Positions 8,311 through 18,153 of a stretch of DNA of 64,000 nucleotides are shown here, piece after piece; the stretch's first letter is position 1; every line of letters begins with the position of its first letter. The notes under the pieces are model-generated. The model saw only the letters and a list, made by a program, of their open reading frames with translations. It was not told the origin of the DNA and made no database searches. The DNA is from Deltaproteobacteria bacterium (GTDB lineage Bacteria > JAGRBM01 > JAHCIT01). The stretch covers positions 186,001 through 250,000 of the forward strand of contig JAHCIT010000004.1 in the NCBI GenBank assembly GCA_026129095.1, in the 5' to 3' direction. Position numbers and translations under genes: made by a program.

Positions 8311-9699
8311 ATGGAAAACTCCGACTACAGCATCCTCGTCGTCGATGACGAACCGAACATGCGGAAAGTCCTCTCGGCGCTCCTGGGCGGCGAGGGTTAC
8401 GACGTGGAGACGGCCGATTCCGGTGCGAAGGCGCTCGACATGCTCCGCCAGGACCAGTTCCACGCGATGATTACCGACCTGCGCATGCCGGGCATGGACG
8501 GCCTGGAACTGCTGCGGAAATCCCGGCAGTTCCAGCCGCGCCTGCCCGTCATCATGCTGACGGCGCACGGGACCGTGGACACGGCGGTCGAGGCGATCAA
8601 GCAGGGCGCGTTCGACTACCTTTCCAAGCCGTTCGACAAGAGCGAGATCGTGGGCGTGGTGGACAAGGCGCTCCGGTCGTACGAAATCTCCCAGCAGGAT
8701 GTCGTGGACCCCGAGCGCAAGCCGGCCGACCTGCCGCTCATCGGCGAGCACCCGTCCATGAAGGAGATATTCCGGATGGTGGACAAGGTGGCAGCCTCGC
8801 CGTCCACGGTGCTCATCTCCGGCGAATCGGGCACGGGCAAGGAGCTCATCGCCCAGCTCATCCATGACCGGTCGGACCGGGCGAAAAAGCCGCTCATCAA
8901 GCTGCACTGCGCGGCAATCCCGTCAACGCTTCTGGAGAGCGAGCTGTTCGGATACGAGAAGGGCGCCTTCACCGGGGCCGTCACCTCCAAGCCCGGCCGG
9001 TTCGAGCTGGCCGATGGCGGCACACTGTTCATGGACGAGGTGGGCGACATTCCGCTGGAGATGCAGGTGAAGCTCCTGCGGGTTCTCCAGGACCAGCAGT
9101 TCGAGCGGGTGGGCGGCGTGAAGACCAGCCAGGTGGACGTGCGCCTCGTGGCCGCCACCCACCGCGATCTCAATGCCGCCGTCCGCGAGGGGCGGTTCCG
9201 CGAGGACCTGTTCTACCGGCTGAACGTCGTGCCCCTGCACCTGCCCCCGCTCCGCGAGCGGCAGAGCGACATCCCGCTGCTGGCCGACCACTTCCGGCGG
9301 AAGTTCAATACCCGGCTGAACCGCAACGTCCAGTCGATCTCGCCGGAAGCGATGGAAAAGCTGGCCGCCTTCAGCTGGCCGGGGAACATCCGCCAGCTCG
9401 AAAACGTCATGGAGCGGTCGATGCTGTTCTGCGAGGGGACCGTCCTCACCGGTCAGGATATCCCGTCTCTGGAGGGAACCGTGCCGCTCCCGCCGCCGGG
9501 AGCGGCGTCCGCCGCGGCCCCCGAAGCCGCCGCCGGGAGGTTCAAGGAACTGACCCGCGAGGCGTCCGTCCGGGTCCAGCGGGAAATCATCCTCAAGGCG
9601 CTCGAAGAGCACAACCACAACGTCACCCGAACCGCCAAGGCGCTCGGCCTTTCGCGCAAGGGATTGCAGCTGAAACTGAAGGATCTGGGACTCCGGTAG
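8311..9699 (+). CDS. Sigma-54-dependent response regulator (NtrC/AtoC family)
   Basis: REC (VVDDE, TDLRMP), GESGTGKE, GAFTGA, DLFYRLNV, WPGNIRQLEN, C-terminal Fis-type HTH. Confidence 0.95.
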   Translation: MENSDYSILVVDDEPNMRKVLSALLGGEGYDVETADSGAKALDMLRQDQFHAMITDLRMPGMDGLELLRKSRQFQPRLPVIMLTAHGTVDTAVEAIKQGAFDYLSKPFDKSEIVGVVDKALRSYEISQQDVVDPERKPADLPLIGEHPSMKEIFRMVDKVAASPSTVLISGESGTGKELIAQLIHDRSDRAKKPLIKLHCAAIPSTLLESELFGYEKGAFTGAVTSKPGRFELADGGTLFMDEVGDIPLEMQVKLLRVLQDQQFERVGGVKTSQVDVRLVAATHRDLNAAVREGRFREDLFYRLNVVPLHLPPLRERQSDIPLLADHFRRKFNTRLNRNVQSISPEAMEKLAAFSWPGNIRQLENVMERSMLFCEGTVLTGQDIPSLEGTVPLPPPGAASAAAPEAAAGRFKELTREASVRVQREIILKALEEHNHNVTRTAKALGLSRKGLQLKLKDLGLR

Positions 9700-9706
9700 G
9701 GAGAAC

Positions 9707-10057
9707 CTACAGGAGGCTGAGCGACTGGCTCTCGATGAAATGGAGTATCCGCTCCCGCAGCGGCACATCGATCTCCGTAAACTCGATGCCGATACCGGCG
9801 GTTTCCTCCTCGCGCACGTCCATCTGCCGCCAGCGGATCACGCCGCGGGCCTCGACCATGTCACCCAGATAGGGAAGCTGGAACCGGACTGTCACTTCGG
9901 TGCCGGGGGCGAGGCTGCTGCGCGCCCGGAGGAACATGCCGCCGCCGGAAAGATTACCGCCCGGCGAGAAGACCGTCGTCGCCGGCTGGGCCATGCACCG
10001 GACAGCCCCTTGGAACGGCACCCGGTGGTGTTTCCGTAGCTCCGAACCCTGTGACAT
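9707..10057 (-). CDS. Single-domain PilZ protein (c-di-GMP receptor)
   Basis: RKHHR (RxxxR) and NLSGGG (D/NxSxxG) motifs; GIGIEF near the C-terminus. Confidence 0.88.
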   Translation of the reverse strand: MSQGSELRKHHRVPFQGAVRCMAQPATTVFSPGGNLSGGGMFLRARSSLAPGTEVTVRFQLPYLGDMVEARGVIRWRQMDVREEETAGIGIEFTEIDVPLRERILHFIESQSLSLL

Positions 10058-10193
10058 GGGGCACATGCTATCAGAAATGGATGGCGCTCGCCACGTTTTT
10101 CATTTCCCGAATTGGCAGAAATGGAAACAGGACATCCGGCAGGCAAATTGTCTACTGCGGTATACCGGACAGTCGGTTCAGGGAGCGGACTGG

Positions 10194-11555
10194 TCAGCTG
10201 GCCGGAGCGGCGGCGGCAGGAGCGGCAGGCTGCGCCGCCGGGGCGTTCATGGTCATCAGCGTCTGCATGATGAACGGCTTGGCAATCAGGAACATGTTCG
10301 CAGTCTTGTCGATCTGCGTGGCGAGCCCCGACAGCAGCGAAAAGGTCCGGCCGTACAGGATGATGTCGTTGGGGATCGTGATCCGGTCGATCTTCTCGAT
10401 CGTTGCCAGCACGTCCTCCCGGATCTTGCGGAAATCCAGGTTCTTCGCCTCCTGCGGCGAGAGGTGGAAATAGTGCTGGAAAAACTCCGACAAGATGGGG
10501 CGCACTGCCTCCAGGTCGGCGTCGCCCAGGACTCCCAGTCCCTTCAGCGCCGGAAGGAACTGGTTCACGTCCCGGGAGAGGAAAGCGAAAACGGCGGCGA
10601 GGAGCTTCTGGTGAAACTCCTTCGGGAGGATCTTCACCTGGCCGAAGTCGAGGACGCAGACGACCACCTTGCCGCCAATCTTGTTGAACATGAGATTGCC
10701 CGGATGCGGGTCGGACTGGAACACCCCGTCCTGGTACATCATCTTGGTCCAGGCGTTCAGGATCATCGTCAGCGTTTCACGGCGGTCGATCTCCAGTTCC
10801 TTCATCTTGGCGAAATTGGTGATCTTGTAGCCGTCGAAGAACTCCATGCAGATCACATGGCGCGTGGTGTATTTGCGGATCACGCGGGGGATGACGACCC
10901 CGCCCGTAAACCCGGCGAAGTTATTCCCGATCGTCTCGCAGTAGGCCGCTTCCTGCTCGTAGGAGAGTTCATTCGACAGCGCGTGTGACATCTCCCGGCC
11001 GATCACCGACAGGTCGGTGCGGGGAATGAAGATGTTGAACATCTTCACCGCCGTCCGGAGCATCCACAGGTCCACCTTCAGCTTGAACTCGATGTCCTCG
11101 TGCTGGATCTTGAGGACCACTTCCTCGCCCTCTTTCGTCCGGGCCCGGTGGACCTGTCCGAAACTGGCGGCGGCGAGCGCATTATGGTCGATCCACTCGA
11201 ATATCCCGTCCGGTTCGCCGCCCAGTTCCGCCTTGAGGGTCTTGTGGATATAGGGCCAGGGCGTCGGCGGCACGCTGTCCTGGAGCAGCGACAGTTCCTC
11301 GATCCATTCCCGCGGCATCACGTCCACACGGGCGGAAATGAGCTGCCCCACCTTGATCATGCCGCCTTTCAGCTTCACGGCCATGCGGTAGAACCGCTTT
11401 GCGTACTTGCGGTGCGTGGCGCGCCATTTCTCGCGGGTGGTCCGTATTCCCAGCCACTTCCGCCGGTACCACAGGAACACGTAGTAGAGGTACATGGGCA
11501 GCAGCGTCCCGGCGATGATGCTGAAACGGTAAACGGTCGCAAGTGCCTGTCGCAT
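10194..11555 (-). CDS. ABC1/AarF/UbiB-family atypical kinase
   Basis: IKVGQ, AAASFGQVH, VLKIQ, DPHPGN, LDFG. Confidence 0.92.
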   Translation of the reverse strand: MRQALATVYRFSIIAGTLLPMYLYYVFLWYRRKWLGIRTTREKWRATHRKYAKRFYRMAVKLKGGMIKVGQLISARVDVMPREWIEELSLLQDSVPPTPWPYIHKTLKAELGGEPDGIFEWIDHNALAAASFGQVHRARTKEGEEVVLKIQHEDIEFKLKVDLWMLRTAVKMFNIFIPRTDLSVIGREMSHALSNELSYEQEAAYCETIGNNFAGFTGGVVIPRVIRKYTTRHVICMEFFDGYKITNFAKMKELEIDRRETLTMILNAWTKMMYQDGVFQSDPHPGNLMFNKIGGKVVVCVLDFGQVKILPKEFHQKLLAAVFAFLSRDVNQFLPALKGLGVLGDADLEAVRPILSEFFQHYFHLSPQEAKNLDFRKIREDVLATIEKIDRITIPNDIILYGRTFSLLSGLATQIDKTANMFLIAKPFIMQTLMTMNAPAAQPAAPAAAAPAS

Positions 11556-11573
11556 GGGTTCGGGGTGCCGTCC

Positions 11574-12680
11574 TTACTGGCTGCGCTCGGCAAGCCAGAG
11601 CGCCATCGGCGCCCAGATGTGTTTCTTCGCCCGCGATCCGGTCACGAGACCGATGTGGCCCACCTCCACCTTGACGCAGGTCTTGTCCTTCGAGCTGACC
11701 AGGCCTATCAGCGCCTCGACAGATTCCGGTGCGGCCACCTTGTCGGTCATCCCGACGAACAGCAGCAGGTTGGCCTCGACGTTGGCGAGGTCCACGCGGC
11801 GGCCCTTCATCACCAGCTGTCCCCGGCGCACCTTGTCGTCGCGGATGAAGTCCGTCACGAACTGGACGAACGCCTCCTGCGGATAGGCGATGAAACCCCG
11901 CCCCCAGTCACGGATCGTCTCGAATCCCGCCACATACTCCCGGTCCCAGTAGTTCATCAGCAGGTTGAGATAGCGGGTCAGCATTCCGAACGGAGCGAGC
12001 ATCTCGAAGCCGATGCGCGGCAGGATCGGCGGCAGGTTGCCCATCTTCTCCATCGTGGCCCCGATACCCATGCCGAAGAACTTCACCAGCAGGTTGACGG
12101 GGAACATCTTCGAGAAGTCGAACGGGCTCCCCAGCACGATGGCGTTCCGCAGGTGGGCGTCCTTCTGGTATACCGACGCGTACAGCATGCTCATGATGCC
12201 GCCCATAGACCAGCCGATTGTCGAGACCTCGTTCTCGCCTGTCACCTCGCAGATCTTCGCAATCGCCTTCGGGATGAAGTCGGTCACGTAGTCATCCACG
12301 CGGATTTCCCGGTCGGCGTCCGTCGGCGATCCGAAGTCCACCAGAAAGACATCGAAACCGGCATCCAGCAGGAAATGGATCAGCGAGTGTCCGGGGCGCA
12401 GATCGAAAACGTCCGGGTTCACCATGAGCGGCGGAATAATGACCACCGGGGTCCGGTAGGTCCGCGCCTTTGTCGTATGGTACCGGAGCAGCGTCACGTT
12501 CTCCCACATGAACACCGTGCGGGAGAACGAGCGGACCTGCGGCGTGAGCGGCCCCAGGACGGCGCGCTCGACCAGATGGGCCGAACCCAGCGCCATCCGC
12601 CGGGCCGTTACTGCTGGTCTGATCTGGGGAAGTGCCGCCACAACCTCCAGTGCATATCCGAAACCGCCCGAAACCCGCAA
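11574..12680 (-). CDS. Alpha/beta hydrolase, PHA synthase (PhaC)-like, with Ser nucleophile; start uncertain (possibly 12596)
   Basis: PVVIIPPL...FDLRPGHSL..FL...GFDVFLVDFG; GWSMGG; D in GMTDKV; H in GHIG. Confidence 0.8.
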   Translation of the reverse strand: MRVSGGFGYALEVVAALPQIRPAVTARRMALGSAHLVERAVLGPLTPQVRSFSRTVFMWENVTLLRYHTTKARTYRTPVVIIPPLMVNPDVFDLRPGHSLIHFLLDAGFDVFLVDFGSPTDADREIRVDDYVTDFIPKAIAKICEVTGENEVSTIGWSMGGIMSMLYASVYQKDAHLRNAIVLGSPFDFSKMFPVNLLVKFFGMGIGATMEKMGNLPPILPRIGFEMLAPFGMLTRYLNLLMNYWDREYVAGFETIRDWGRGFIAYPQEAFVQFVTDFIRDDKVRRGQLVMKGRRVDLANVEANLLLFVGMTDKVAAPESVEALIGLVSSKDKTCVKVEVGHIGLVTGSRAKKHIWAPMALWLAERSQ

Positions 12681-12774
12681 GACGGGAAGACCCTGAAAGC
12701 GCTTTAACCCGCGACTCCCCTTGCGGGTGCCGCCAGCGGACGTTTAACGTTCCCCGGCGCCCGGAATCAGGACC

Positions 12775-13977
12775 ATGCCGCTTCCGCAATCGGACGATTT
12801 TCTCCAATCCTCCGGCGACACCGCCGGGCGGCCCCTTGCTGCCCGCGCGCTGGATCTGCTGGAAGCCTACCTGGAGGGTCATCCGCCCACCCGGTACGAC
12901 ACCCAGCAGGAGGCCTGGTTCGGCCTGTTCCTCGACGGGCGCGGCATCGGCCTCGAAGAAAAGCAGGAGATACTGGCCATCGCCCGCCGGTACCGGGAGT
13001 TTCTCGGCGAGAGCCAGCCATCCGCTGATCCGGCGGAGGATTCCGCCCCCAGCCAGCCCGCATCCACTGAACTGAAAAACCGGTTCAAGCCCGGTCCGTC
13101 GGTGGGTCCGCCCCCCCGCCCCGGCTGGAAGAAAAAGGTACAAGCGGCCGGGAAGCGGGCGTCTCCCGCAGGCAAGATCCGCCCCCCGGCGGCCGGTGCT
13201 TCACTACTCGCCATGGCCGGAATCGCCGCCGCGATCCTGTGGGCGGCCTACTGGATACTCGTCACCCGGCCGCTCGGCGACTTCGAGCACGATCTTGGGG
13301 AAAAGCTCCGCCGCAACCAGTCCAATACCCGCCCCGCCTATGGCGCATGGGTGATGGCCGAAGCAGAACGGCGGGGACTGGAGATCATCCCGGAGCGGTC
13401 GGCCATCAGGGTTCTCGGTGTACGGGAGTACCTTCTGGACAATTCTCCCATGCACAAGGTGGAGTTCCGGGCCGGGGTGCGGCTCCCGCTCCCGCTGGGC
13501 CTGCACTGGAACCGCACGGTCACCGTGACGACCGAGACCTACCACGTGCCGTCCGACTGGCCGCCAAAATCCGCCAGCCCGCAGCCCAGGACCAACATCG
13601 CCGCCAAAGCACCCCGCCGGAAGGACGCCATTCCGCGCCAGCCGTATGAGACGATCCTGGCAGCCCTCGCCGGAGCCCGCTCCAGTGTGCTGGCATTCTA
13701 TGAGGAAAACCCCGAGGAGACCGGCCGCCTGCTGGAAACCGAGCTGAGGCGGCTGAATGAAGGCTTTGCCGCCCTGCCCGCGGCCGGATCGCCCGATGAG
13801 CAGCTGGTACGGGACGACCTCAAGACCAGCATCGAGCGGATACGGTCGATGTCCATCGTGATCAGCCAGGCCCGCGAGGGACTGATCACCTCCCGTCAGC
13901 TCCGGCAGTCGATTGACACGCTGGTCGCGCAGAGCGAGATGCACCAGCGCAAGGCCGAAGTCAGGCTGGGCAACTAA
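12775..13977 (+). CDS. Hypothetical single-pass membrane protein
   Basis: AGGA RBS; Pro/Lys-rich linker, TM segment LLAMAGIAAAILWAAYWILV, helical C-terminus; ends 7 bp before PBP1A. Confidence 0.6.
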   Translation: MPLPQSDDFLQSSGDTAGRPLAARALDLLEAYLEGHPPTRYDTQQEAWFGLFLDGRGIGLEEKQEILAIARRYREFLGESQPSADPAEDSAPSQPASTELKNRFKPGPSVGPPPRPGWKKKVQAAGKRASPAGKIRPPAAGASLLAMAGIAAAILWAAYWILVTRPLGDFEHDLGEKLRRNQSNTRPAYGAWVMAEAERRGLEIIPERSAIRVLGVREYLLDNSPMHKVEFRAGVRLPLPLGLHWNRTVTVTTETYHVPSDWPPKSASPQPRTNIAAKAPRRKDAIPRQPYETILAALAGARSSVLAFYEENPEETGRLLETELRRLNEGFAALPAAGSPDEQLVRDDLKTSIERIRSMSIVISQAREGLITSRQLRQSIDTLVAQSEMHQRKAEVRLGN

Positions 13978-13984
13978 AACCAGC

Positions 13985-16900
13985 ATGGCCCGGCGGCGCA
14001 AGAGGAAACGGAAAGTGGCGGCCCTCGTCAGTGCATTCATGGCCGCCCTCGCCATCGTCACGCTGGCGGTGAGCAGCGCCGCCTATCACATGGTGGTGAG
14101 AAAATACCCCGGTGCGCACATCGAGCGCAGCTACATCATGTCCGTTCTCGCCCGGGAGAGCCCGATCTACGCCTCTGACGGCGTGACGCGGATCGGTGCC
14201 TTCTCGGGCCTGGAGCACCGCGACTATGTGCCGCTCGACCAGATCCCGGCCGCACTCCGGCAGGCCATCGTCGCCTCGGAGGACCGGAAGTTCTACCGGC
14301 ATTTCGGCGTCGATCCGCTGGCCATCGCCAGCGCCATCTACGCGAACCTCCGGGCGGGCCGGATGGTCCGGGGCGGGTCCACCATCACCCAGCAGACCGC
14401 CAAGAACCTGTTCAAGCGCAAGGACCGCAGTTTCCAGGAAAAGTGGCGCGAGCTGGTGAACGCCCTCCGCCTGGAGGCACACTACACCAAGGACGAGATC
14501 CTCGAGTTCTATCTCAACCAGTTCCACGTCAACGCCAATGGCCGCGGAGTCGGTGTGGCCGCCCGCCACTTCTTCGACAAGGAAGTGGCGGAACTGACAC
14601 TGGTCGAGTCGGCATTCATCGCCGGGAGCGTGAAGGGACCGTTCTACTACGATCCGTTCTCGACGAGCGATCCCGACCGGCAGGCACGCAACATCGCACG
14701 CGCCAATGTCCGCAAGGACTACGTGATCCGCCGGATGTTCGAGGAAAAGTACATCGACCGGCCGGCATACGAGGCTGCCCTGGCCACCCCGGTGCCATTC
14801 CGGCAGGGACATTTCCGGTTCGAGCGGAACGTCATTGCCGACATGGTACAGCGCGAGCTGGCATCCGACGATCTGGCCCCGCTGCTCCAGGGCCGGGGCG
14901 GAGAAAGCCTGTACGCCTCCGGCTACCAGATCTTCACCAGCATTGACCCGGAAGCGCAGAAGGACGCCCTCTATGCCCTGCGGAGCCAGTTGAGCCGGCT
15001 CAAGATTCTGCTCGAAGGAACCGCGCCCGCACCCGCCACGCCGTCGCCGCCTTCCCGGACCGAGCGGGGCGACTTCCTTGCCGGTGTCGTGGCCGAGACC
15101 GGGGCCGATGGCGTCAGGGTGCGTCTCGGACCGCATCTGGCGCTCATGGACCCGGACGGAGCGGCCGCCTGTGCCGAACCCGCCAAGGGACACAAGACCG
15201 CGAACCCGTGGGCGCGGGTGACGGCCACGGAGATCCGCGCATTCATGCAGTCGCTCCAGCCCGGACAGACGGTGCCGGTCATCGTGCGGCGGGAACCGTT
15301 CACGGATGACAGCGGCGGCCACCCGGCGCTGCTTGACTGCGCCTATCCGTACACGCGGGAGGAAAAACTCCAGGGCGCGCTCATCGTCCTGGACGACGGC
15401 TTCATCCGGGCCGTGGCGGCGGGGTTCAGCAACGCCGATTTCAACCGCGCCGTGGATGCCCGGCGGCAGGCCGGTTCGGCCTTCAAGCCCGTCGTCTATT
15501 ACGCCGCGCTGCAGCTGGGCTGGTCGCCGGCCGACATGGTGCGGAACCGGCGCGAGGTGTACCGCTGGGGGAACGTCAGCTACCGGCCCCGGAACGACCA
15601 TCCGCCTGTCTCGGATGAAATGTCGCTCGCCTGGGTGGGCACCCAGAGCGAGAACTACGCCTCGGTCTGGCTGCTCGCGCATCTCACCGACCGGCTGACC
15701 GATCCGCAGTTCGCCGCAGTGGCCGGGGCGGCGGGGCTCGGACCGGCAGAGGGCGAAACCAGCCGCCAAACGATCGCCCGGCTCCGCGACCGGCACGGCA
15801 TCATGATCCGGCAGGCGGACGTCCGCGAAGCGGCCTTCCAGCAGATCCGTGCCGGCCTCGTCCGGGACATGCAGTTCGCCGGCGAGGCCGCCTGCGCCGC
15901 CCAGCTCGACCGGCTCGGCTTCGATGCGACCACCCGCGAGGAAATCCTGGAGGCCCTCAAGGCCGAGCGGGACGAAAAGACCGAAGCCCGCCGCCCGGAA
16001 CGGAAGGCCGACGCCGAAATCGCCGTGGAGCGGTACGAAAACCTCCAGCGCAACCTGAACGATCCGTCCGCGTTCACCGGCCTGCCCGTTCCGCTCGCCG
16101 GATGCAGCGGCGATGTCCGCAGACGGCTGGTGGATGAGACTGAAAAGCTCGCCCGCGAGCAGGGGATCCCCGTATCATTCGATCCTGCCGTGTGGCGGCG
16201 GTTCCGCGACTACCGGATGGCGGTCAATGTCCACTACGTCATCACGATGGCCCGTTCGCTCGGGATCCAGAGCCCGCTGGCTCCGGTACTGTCTCTGCCG
16301 CTGGGGACGAGCGACGTCACGCTGGCCGAAATGGCCCACTTCTACGAGGAAGCCGGACAGGGAACCACCCGCGGCCCCGCGCCACGGCTCGTGCGGGAAA
16401 TACGCAGCGCCGAGGGCGAACTGCTGTGGTCCTACGAAGGAGAGCCGTCGTCCACCGGCTCGCCCCAGGTATCCGCATCGTGGCTGGAAATCCTGCGCAA
16501 CACGCCGGTATTCGGCACGGCGCGGGGCGCGGCAGATCTCGTGACCCTGACCCGGAACCCGGACCAGCCGGGCGCGGACGTGCGGGTTCCCTTCTTCGGC
16601 AAGACCGGAACCACCAACCGGTACCAGAACGTCTACTTCGTGGGGCTTTTTCCCCGGCCCGACCCCGACGCGGGCGGCAAGCTCTCGCACCGGCAACTGT
16701 TCACCGTGGCGGCGTACATGGGATACGACGACAACCGGCCGATGACACACGGACGGGTGCGAGTGTACGGCTCGACCGGCGCGCTGCCGATGGTGCTCGA
16801 ATCCGCCCGCGGAATGATCGACCGGGCGGACTACCCGTTCGACGCCGGCGATCTTGCCGTGCGCATGGCGAAGCTGCTCCCCATGGGCTACCCGGACGGG

Positions 16901-17317
16901 TTCCTTACTGTCTCGATCAACGCGACGACGGGACTTCCCGACGACGCCCAGATGATCCAGGACCGCACGGAACTGGAACTCTCGTCGCATCCGTACCTGG
17001 TCCTGCCGGGCCGGATCGTGGGAAACCGGTTCGAACCCGCACGTTTTTTTGAACCGGTGGCGGTGGAGCCGGTTCAGCCTGAAATCCCGCAGGCCGACCG
17101 GGAGGCACTGCTCAGGCTGCTCGAAGCGGTAACGCCCACTCCGGCCGGTGACGGCACTCAAACCCCGGCAAGGGAACCGTCGCCCGCGCCAGCAACTCCC
17201 GCCCCGCCGGAGGAAGAAACGGAACCGGGAAGCATCGAGGATATTCTGGAGGAACATCTGGGGCCGCCTTCGCCGCCGCCATCATCACCGCCACCCCCCG
17301 GCTCGATCCCTATTTAA
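13985..17317 (+). CDS. Class A penicillin-binding protein (PBP1A-like transglycosylase/transpeptidase)
   Basis: Basic N-terminus and TM; EDRKF, GGSTITQQ, YLNQ; transpeptidase motifs SAFK, SEN, KTG. Confidence 0.92.
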   Translation: MARRRKRKRKVAALVSAFMAALAIVTLAVSSAAYHMVVRKYPGAHIERSYIMSVLARESPIYASDGVTRIGAFSGLEHRDYVPLDQIPAALRQAIVASEDRKFYRHFGVDPLAIASAIYANLRAGRMVRGGSTITQQTAKNLFKRKDRSFQEKWRELVNALRLEAHYTKDEILEFYLNQFHVNANGRGVGVAARHFFDKEVAELTLVESAFIAGSVKGPFYYDPFSTSDPDRQARNIARANVRKDYVIRRMFEEKYIDRPAYEAALATPVPFRQGHFRFERNVIADMVQRELASDDLAPLLQGRGGESLYASGYQIFTSIDPEAQKDALYALRSQLSRLKILLEGTAPAPATPSPPSRTERGDFLAGVVAETGADGVRVRLGPHLALMDPDGAAACAEPAKGHKTANPWARVTATEIRAFMQSLQPGQTVPVIVRREPFTDDSGGHPALLDCAYPYTREEKLQGALIVLDDGFIRAVAAGFSNADFNRAVDARRQAGSAFKPVVYYAALQLGWSPADMVRNRREVYRWGNVSYRPRNDHPPVSDEMSLAWVGTQSENYASVWLLAHLTDRLTDPQFAAVAGAAGLGPAEGETSRQTIARLRDRHGIMIRQADVREAAFQQIRAGLVRDMQFAGEAACAAQLDRLGFDATTREEILEALKAERDEKTEARRPERKADAEIAVERYENLQRNLNDPSAFTGLPVPLAGCSGDVRRRLVDETEKLAREQGIPVSFDPAVWRRFRDYRMAVNVHYVITMARSLGIQSPLAPVLSLPLGTSDVTLAEMAHFYEEAGQGTTRGPAPRLVREIRSAEGELLWSYEGEPSSTGSPQVSASWLEILRNTPVFGTARGAADLVTLTRNPDQPGADVRVPFFGKTGTTNRYQNVYFVGLFPRPDPDAGGKLSHRQLFTVAAYMGYDDNRPMTHGRVRVYGSTGALPMVLESARGMIDRADYPFDAGDLAVRMAKLLPMGYPDGFLTVSINATTGLPDDAQMIQDRTELELSSHPYLVLPGRIVGNRFEPARFFEPVAVEPVQPEIPQADREALLRLLEAVTPTPAGDGTQTPAREPSPAPATPAPPEEETEPGSIEDILEEHLGPPSPPPSSPPPPGSIPI

Positions 17318-17433
17318 GCGCATTAATGTGACCGCTACCGGCGGTCCTATTGACGGGAACCGGCCGGTAACGCCATTCTCGCCCGCCGATGCCATACTGG
17401 CGTTCGAAGATACTCCCTGGAGGTTTCTACCCC

Positions 17434-18153
17434 GTGAACAAGGCTATTGTGTGCCTGGCCATTGCGATCATCCCCGTTACCGGCTGCCAGCGCCGTGAGA
17501 CGAGCGAGCTTCGCGAGCGTGTCATCAAGCTCGAAAACAAGATTGCCGACCTGGAAGAGCGCCAGTCGCAGACTCCGGTGGTCAATCCGGAAGACGCCAA
17601 GCGCCGCCAGCTCGAAAACCTGATCGCCGCGTTCAACCGGCTGGAGGAACAGTCCTACAAGGATGATTCCAAGGTGAAGGCCGGCGAGGGCTCGCTCGAA
17701 GTGATCGTGACGCCACGCGAGGGGCCGTCCTACATGCAGGCCCGTATGAAGCCGGACGAGGCCGAAGGCATCGCCGGCGTGACCGTCCGCGTGGCGGAGA
17801 CGAAACTCCCGGTCGTGAATACGGCCGCCAAGGGATCGGTCTTCATCGGCAACCTCAAGGCCGGCAACTACACGGTCGAGCTGGACAAGGCCGGGTACCA
17901 GAAGAAGCTGTTTCCGGTCGAGGTTCGCGAGGGCAAGCGCAAGTCGCTCGTGACGTTCATGCTGAAAGAGGGCGAGGAAATCGGAGCCGCAGCGGGCGGA
18001 CTCCTCCAGGGTCTCTCCGGGCAGGGCGGAGCTCCGGCAGGCAACGCCGGTGCCAACGGCGGCGAGAACACCTCGGAACAGATCAGGGATTTCCTCGGCA
18101 AGCTGCAGGAAGCGGCCGCACGCCAGCAGCGCCAGTCACAGGAACAGCCCTGA
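17434..18153 (+). CDS. Putative lipoprotein (coiled coil plus carboxypeptidase-regulatory-like beta domain)
   Basis: GGAGG before the GTG; VTGC lipobox; GSVFIGNLKAGNYTVELDKAGY pattern. Confidence 0.6.
   Translation: MNKAIVCLAIAIIPVTGCQRRETSELRERVIKLENKIADLEERQSQTPVVNPEDAKRRQLENLIAAFNRLEEQSYKDDSKVKAGEGSLEVIVTPREGPSYMQARMKPDEAEGIAGVTVRVAETKLPVVNTAAKGSVFIGNLKAGNYTVELDKAGYQKKLFPVEVREGKRKSLVTFMLKEGEEIGAAAGGLLQGLSGQGGAPAGNAGANGGENTSEQIRDFLGKLQEAAARQQRQSQEQP

Noticed and set aside
11574-12680. Annotation as PHA synthase phaC
   Set aside because: The catalytic Cys is replaced by Ser and no other pha genes are adjacent.
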